This document shows, piece by piece, positions 52,711 through 57,265 of a stretch of 57,265 nucleotides of DNA. Position numbers and translations under genes: made by a program. Numbering within the stretch: the stretch's first letter is position 1; the number at the start of each line of letters is the position of its first letter. The notes below the pieces were generated by a model, which ran no database searches, was not told the origin of the DNA, and saw nothing but the letters and a program-made list of their open reading frames with translations. Origin of the DNA: a virus (lineage: Duplodnaviria > Caudoviricetes); IMG/VR virus record IMGVR_UViG_3300015189_000005, positions 1-57,265 of that record. One strand, written 5' to 3'.

Positions 52711-55257
52711 ATGATCGACAAGCGGCAAGCATACCTCGAGTTTCTGCGGTCCAAAGTCGTTCTCGCGCCAGAGACGGGCTTCGCTGAGGCGACATCAGAC
52801 GCGATGAACCCCCGGCTGTTCCCGCACCAGCGCGACCTCGCTGCATGGGCGATCCGGGGCGGTTGCCGTGCGGTGTTCACCAGTTTCGGTACCGGCAAGA
52901 CGAACATCCAGATCCAGATCCTTGACTACCTGGTAAAGCACCTGACCGAGGGAGAAGCTGGGTTGATCCTGTGTCCTCTGGGAGTGCGCGGCGAGTTCGT
53001 TGCGGACGCGATGAAGTTCTTTGGGATCTCGCTGAAGTACGTTCGGACCAATGCGGAGATCGAAGCCGAGCGCGCAGCCGGCCGCCAGTATTTCCTGACA
53101 AATTACGAGCGTGTTCGCGATGGCAACATCGACCCGAACCAGTTCGCTGTGGTATCTCTCGACGAAGCCAGCGTGCTCCGGTCGTTCGGATCGAAGACGT
53201 ACCAGACGTTTCTGACGCTGTTCCAGCGCGTGAAATACAAATTCGTCTGCACGGCAACCCCGTCACCGAACCGATTTAAGGAACTCATCCACTATGCCGC
53301 GTTCCTCGGCGTGATGGATTCCGGCCAGGCGCTGACGCGGTTCTTTAAGCGCGACTCATCGCAGGCCGGGAACCTCCAGATTCACCCTCATAAGGAGGCC
53401 GAATTCTGGCTCTGGGTATCGAGCTGGGCCACATTCCTCACCACGCCTTCGGACCTCGGCTACTCCGATGAGGGGTATATCTTGCCGGACCTGCAGATCA
53501 TCCAGCACCGGCTCGATGTCGATTACTCCACGGCCGGATTCGACTCCTGGGGACAGGGCAAGCTGGTGCGCAATGCGGCGGTCGGTCTGCGGGATGCGGC
53601 GCGCGAGAAACGGGACAGCCTGAGTGACCGCGTGGCGCGCGCAAAGGCCATCGTAGACGCGGCCTTGAAGGGTGAGCACTGGATTATCTGGCACGACCTC
53701 GAAGATGAGCGCAGAGCCGTTGAGAAGGCATTCGCAGGCTACAGCATCCGAACCGTCTACGGGTCGCAAGACCTTGACGAGCGCGAGCGCGACATCGCGG
53801 ACTTCAGCGAGGGTAAGTACGAGATCCTCGCCACGAAGCCGATCATCGCCGGTTCCGGCTGCAACTTCCAGCGTCACTGCCACAGGGCGATTTACCTGGG
53901 CGTCGGCTATAAGTTCAACGACTTTATTCAGTCCGTCCACCGGCTACAGCGCTTCCTCCAGACGTTCGCCGTCGAGATTCATGTGGTCTACACGGAATCA
54001 GAAGACGCGATCTATCAGAGCCTGCTGCTGAAGTGGGACCAGCATAAACGGCTGGTCGCGGAAATGACCGGAATTGTTCGCAAATACGGGCTGAACAATG
54101 CCCGCCTGGGAGATGAGATGCAGCGTTCAATCGGGATTGTCCGGCAAGAGGTGAAAGGCGATCTGTTCACCGCAGCGAATAACGACTGCGTGCTGGAGCT
54201 TCAGGCGATGCCGGATAGCTCTGTCGGCATGATCTGCACTTCGGTGCCGTTCAGTGATCACTACGAATATACCGAGTCCTACAACGATTTCGGTCACAAC
54301 GACGGCGACCGCGGCTTCTTCAATCAGATGGATTATCTGACCCCGGAGATGCTCCGGGTGCTTCAGCCGGGCCGTATGGCTTGCATACACGCGAAGGACC
54401 GCATCGTCTACGGCTCGGTTTCTGGACTCGGCATGTATTCGGTGAACGAGTTCAGCGATAAGTGCGTGGCCCACATGAAGAAACACGGCTTCGTCTACTG
54501 TGGGCGCATCACCGTCGTGACCGACGTCGTCCGCGAGAATGCGCAGACCTACCGCCTCGGGTTTTCCGAGAACGCGAAGGACGGCACGAAGATGGGCGTC
54601 GGAAGCCCGGAATACATCCTGCTGTTCCGCAAGCTGCCGACCGACCAGAGCAATAGTTATGCCGACGAGCCTGTCGTGAAGTCGAAAGAAGATTACACGC
54701 GGTCCCGCTGGCAATTCGATGCGCACGCGCTCTGGCGGAGCAACGGCAACCGGTTCCTGCGCCCTGAAGAGATCAGGGAAATGCCGATAGCCGCGCTCCG
54801 GGCCGCATGGCGGAGCTTCAACGCGCGGGCGGTCTACGACTTCAGCGAGCACGTATCCATCGCTGAGGCACTGGAAGCCGCTGGGTGCTTGCCGTCGAGC
54901 TTCATGGCTCTGGACCCAGTGAGCCATTCCCCATGGGCGTGGGACGACATCACGCGCATGCGGACGCTGAACACCGAGCAGGCCCGCAAGGATGTCGAGC
55001 AGCATGTTTGCCCTCTCCAGTTGGATATTGTCGAGCGCCTGATTGAGCGGTACAGCAACAAGGGCGACCTGATCCTCGATCCGTTCGCCGGGCTTCACAC
55101 CGTGCCGCACGTGGCCATCCAGATGGGGCGCACGGGATACGGCGTCGAGCTGAATTCGGAGTACTGGGCCGATGGCGTCGGCTACTGCCGGGCTGCCGAA
55201 CAGAAGGTCAGCATGCCCACGTTGTTCGACATGTTGGAGCTGGAGCAGGTTGCGTAG
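52711..55257 (+). CDS. SNF2-like helicase fused to an amino (N4C/N6A) DNA methyltransferase
   Basis: LFPHQ, GTGKT, LDEAS, TATP, GCNFQ and QSVHR..RF; then TSVPF, HVCPLQ and DPFAG. Confidence 0.9.
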   Translation: MIDKRQAYLEFLRSKVVLAPETGFAEATSDAMNPRLFPHQRDLAAWAIRGGCRAVFTSFGTGKTNIQIQILDYLVKHLTEGEAGLILCPLGVRGEFVADAMKFFGISLKYVRTNAEIEAERAAGRQYFLTNYERVRDGNIDPNQFAVVSLDEASVLRSFGSKTYQTFLTLFQRVKYKFVCTATPSPNRFKELIHYAAFLGVMDSGQALTRFFKRDSSQAGNLQIHPHKEAEFWLWVSSWATFLTTPSDLGYSDEGYILPDLQIIQHRLDVDYSTAGFDSWGQGKLVRNAAVGLRDAAREKRDSLSDRVARAKAIVDAALKGEHWIIWHDLEDERRAVEKAFAGYSIRTVYGSQDLDERERDIADFSEGKYEILATKPIIAGSGCNFQRHCHRAIYLGVGYKFNDFIQSVHRLQRFLQTFAVEIHVVYTESEDAIYQSLLLKWDQHKRLVAEMTGIVRKYGLNNARLGDEMQRSIGIVRQEVKGDLFTAANNDCVLELQAMPDSSVGMICTSVPFSDHYEYTESYNDFGHNDGDRGFFNQMDYLTPEMLRVLQPGRMACIHAKDRIVYGSVSGLGMYSVNEFSDKCVAHMKKHGFVYCGRITVVTDVVRENAQTYRLGFSENAKDGTKMGVGSPEYILLFRKLPTDQSNSYADEPVVKSKEDYTRSRWQFDAHALWRSNGNRFLRPEEIREMPIAALRAAWRSFNARAVYDFSEHVSIAEALEAAGCLPSSFMALDPVSHSPWAWDDITRMRTLNTEQARKDVEQHVCPLQLDIVERLIERYSNKGDLILDPFAGLHTVPHVAIQMGRTGYGVELNSEYWADGVGYCRAAEQKVSMPTLFDMLELEQVA

Positions 55258-55282
55258 AGGGAGAGGGGAAAGGGGAATCGTT

Positions 55283-56098
55283 ATGGGAGAAATCACGAAA
55301 ATTCAATGGTGTGATTGCACGTTCAACCCGTGGATGGGATGCGTGAAGGTCTCGCCGGCTTGTGACCACTGCTACGCAGAGGCCGACCGCAAGCGCCGGG
55401 GGCAGCTGCTCTGGGGCAAGAGCGCGCCCCGCCAGGTGACCAGTGAGGCCTACTGGAAACAGCCGTTCCGCTGGAATAAGCAGGCCGCCGCCGATGGCGT
55501 CCGGCGCCGCGTGTTCTGCGGTTCGCTCTGCGATGTCATGGAAGACTTCTCGGGCCAGCTGATCGGCGGTAACGGATGCCAGACGGAGCTTCAGGACATC
55601 CGCACCTGGCTGTACCAGATCATTCAGCAGACCCCGAATCTCGACTGGCTGTTGACCACGAAGCGCCCGCAGAACTTCAAGCGGTTTCTTCCCGCCGAGT
55701 GGCTCATCAGGATGCCCGCAAACGTCTGGGGCCTCACCACGATTGAGAACGGCAACCACCTGTGGCGCATGGACGCGCTGGCCGAGGTTCCGTTCGTCGT
55801 CCGCGGCATCAGTGCGGAGCCCCTTCTGGGACCGCTGAGGATCACCGGCTACAAGGGAAAGCTGGACTGGGTGATTGCCGGCGGAGAGTCTGGGCCGGGC
55901 GCGCGTGATTGCCATCTGGAGTTCGCCAGGGACCTCCGCGACCAGTGCCGCGACATAGGCGCGAGCTTCTTCTTCAAGCAGGCGGGCGCAGTTGCCAGCC
56001 TCGACGGCCGCCGCCTGATCACCATCGACCCGAAGGGCGGGAACCTGAGCGAGATTCCTGAAGACCTCCGCATCCGGGAGGTACCCCGTGCCTCTTAG
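55283..56098 (+). CDS. Gp37Gp68 / DUF5131 radical-SAM-like protein
   Basis: TKIQW...TFNPW.GC.KVSP.CDHCYA, LLTTKRP, SAEPLLG, WVIAGGESG and FFFKQ. Confidence 0.92.
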   Translation: MGEITKIQWCDCTFNPWMGCVKVSPACDHCYAEADRKRRGQLLWGKSAPRQVTSEAYWKQPFRWNKQAAADGVRRRVFCGSLCDVMEDFSGQLIGGNGCQTELQDIRTWLYQIIQQTPNLDWLLTTKRPQNFKRFLPAEWLIRMPANVWGLTTIENGNHLWRMDALAEVPFVVRGISAEPLLGPLRITGYKGKLDWVIAGGESGPGARDCHLEFARDLRDQCRDIGASFFFKQAGAVASLDGRRLITIDPKGGNLSEIPEDLRIREVPRAS

Positions 56099-56176
56099 AC
56101 TGTGGCATCTGCCGCTGATTTCACTCGCGATGATTGGGGCCGGGCGCCTCGTCGGCATGGCCGTGGAGTGGCTGCT

Positions 56177-56755
56177 ATGTCGGTGATGAAGAAAGCAGCC
56201 TTCAATCTACTGGTCACCCGCATCGCCGAGAGCCTGGAATCCAGCAGTGAACCTGCTCGACTGGGTGATGTGCAGGCGCTGGTGGAAGAACTGCAGCGTC
56301 GCGCGAAGCGTGACGAAGCCGAGAGGGAAGAGCCGCCCTCTGGTGAGTTCCTCGACAGCCTGGATCTCTTTGGCCAGACGACCATGGACTGCGACTTCTG
56401 CGGGCGGCGGTACGTGGCGCTTCGGGATTCCACTGATGAGGAAATCGCGGACTGGGAGCGTGTCGCGAAGAAAGATAAATCGGTAGTCCTGGACTATGCC
56501 GTAGAGGGCTTCGAAGGGACCGTGCTGGATGACCGAACCTTCGTGGTGGGTTGCCCGTGCAACAGCGCTGTCCGGTACGAAAACTTCATCTGGGAACACC
56601 GCAAGCTGATCACCGATTACATCGTTCTCCGCACAGCCGTGCGGCTCGATGACGCGGTCATTGACGGGAGGCTGGCGGCTGCTCTGTGTGTTGCAGCGGA
56701 CGCGCCCGGGATCGCCGAGAAAGTAGCTGCTGAGTTGAGAGGAGAGTGCCAGTGA
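56177..56755 (+). CDS. Hypothetical protein with CxxC/CxC motifs
   Basis: GGAG SD; CDFCGR...GCPC...YE.FIW.HR. Confidence 0.65.
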   Translation: MSVMKKAAFNLLVTRIAESLESSSEPARLGDVQALVEELQRRAKRDEAEREEPPSGEFLDSLDLFGQTTMDCDFCGRRYVALRDSTDEEIADWERVAKKDKSVVLDYAVEGFEGTVLDDRTFVVGCPCNSAVRYENFIWEHRKLITDYIVLRTAVRLDDAVIDGRLAAALCVAADAPGIAEKVAAELRGECQ

Positions 56756-57265
56756 AACGACAGGATCAGCCGGACCTGCAGTTCTACCCGTGGAGTGTCC
56801 TGCGGTGGCTCCCGAGCACCGCGCGGATGAAGCTCGATGCCCTCGGCCGGGGCATCTACCGCGAGCTTCTGGACCTCTGCTATGTGCAGGGTTCCATCCC
56901 CGCCGACAAGGCTACCCTGGCCAATTACTGCGCCTGCTCGGTCGCGGATCTTGAGCGCTACTGGCCGATCCTGTCGGCCTACTTCCGGTACACTTCGCGC
57001 GACAAGAAAACGCTCGAAAACGCGGAGGCTTCCATGTTCCGACAAAACTTTGCAGGCCATTCAGGTCAATTACGCGAATGGGGTGCACTTGGCGGACAAG
57101 AAAGTGCGAAGAGGAGACGTTCAAAATCAACAACTTCAGCAGCCAAGCTTGATTCACCAGCGAAGCCACCCTTCGAGGAAGTTGAAGCCAAGAAAAGAAG
57201 AGAAGAGAAGAGAGAAGAAGAGAGGAGAGAAGAGGGAGGGTCTGGCGACCCTCCGGCGGACACTG
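56752..57265 (+). CDS. Phage replication initiator, N-terminal part (YdaU/DUF1376-like); absent from the ORF track because it runs off the window
   Basis: GTGA overlap; LQFYPW...W...T..MKL...GRGIYRELLDLCY..GSIPAD, G.LGG..SA..R and an E/K/R-rich linker; frame open to the end. Confidence 0.8.
   Translation, partial: MKRQDQPDLQFYPWSVLRWLPSTARMKLDALGRGIYRELLDLCYVQGSIPADKATLANYCACSVADLERYWPILSAYFRYTSRDKKTLENAEASMFRQNFAGHSGQLREWGALGGQESAKRRRSKSTTSAAKLDSPAKPPFEEVEAKKRREEKREEERREEGGSGDPPADT

Larger units (their letters stand above)
1..57265. mobile_element. Temperate tailed phage (HK97-like head, non-contractile tail), apparently a complete circularly permuted genome
   Basis: Integrase, excisionase, terminase, portal, protease, capsid, tail tube, tape measure, regulatory switch and replication genes each occur once. 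There is no sheath gene and no host housekeeping gene. The initiator gene is split across the two window ends. Confidence 0.93.

Noticed and set aside
54127-55296. Long antisense ORFs (also 6976-8064, 23816-24814, 33541-34488, 55208-56158)
   Set aside because: They lie opposite well-supported genes, as expected from high-GC codon bias.

Overview
The window looks like an essentially complete genome of a GC-rich temperate siphovirus, read as a circle: the replication-initiator gene begins at 56752 and its C-terminal part appears at 1-528. Gene order: replication and DNA-modification genes, then tyrosine integrase (5009), then a separately promoted operon (6258-16614). That operon holds a MoxR AAA+ ATPase, a helical partner protein, a metallopeptidase-VWA protein and about 22 small genes. 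Next come a candidate attP and a structured RNA (16608-17250), an HK97-type head with the portal fused to MuF, and a glycosyl/methyltransferase cassette inside the tail operon. These are followed by tail genes with a very repetitive Ser/Thr-rich tail protein, a block of signal-peptide-bearing proteins, a divergent ribbon-helix-helix switch (46588-47420) and early recombination genes. The main candidate for a new system is the MoxR-VWA operon: 13 divergent H/C-CxxC zinc-finger microproteins and 3-4 unrelated proteins share one short helix motif, almost always C-terminal, suggesting a library of tagged adaptors or substrates for the MoxR-VWA machine. An Acidobacteriota host is only inferred, from one accessory protein. 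Several single-base frameshifts, mostly in homopolymer runs, may be sequencing errors. All family calls are by motif recognition; no searches were run.
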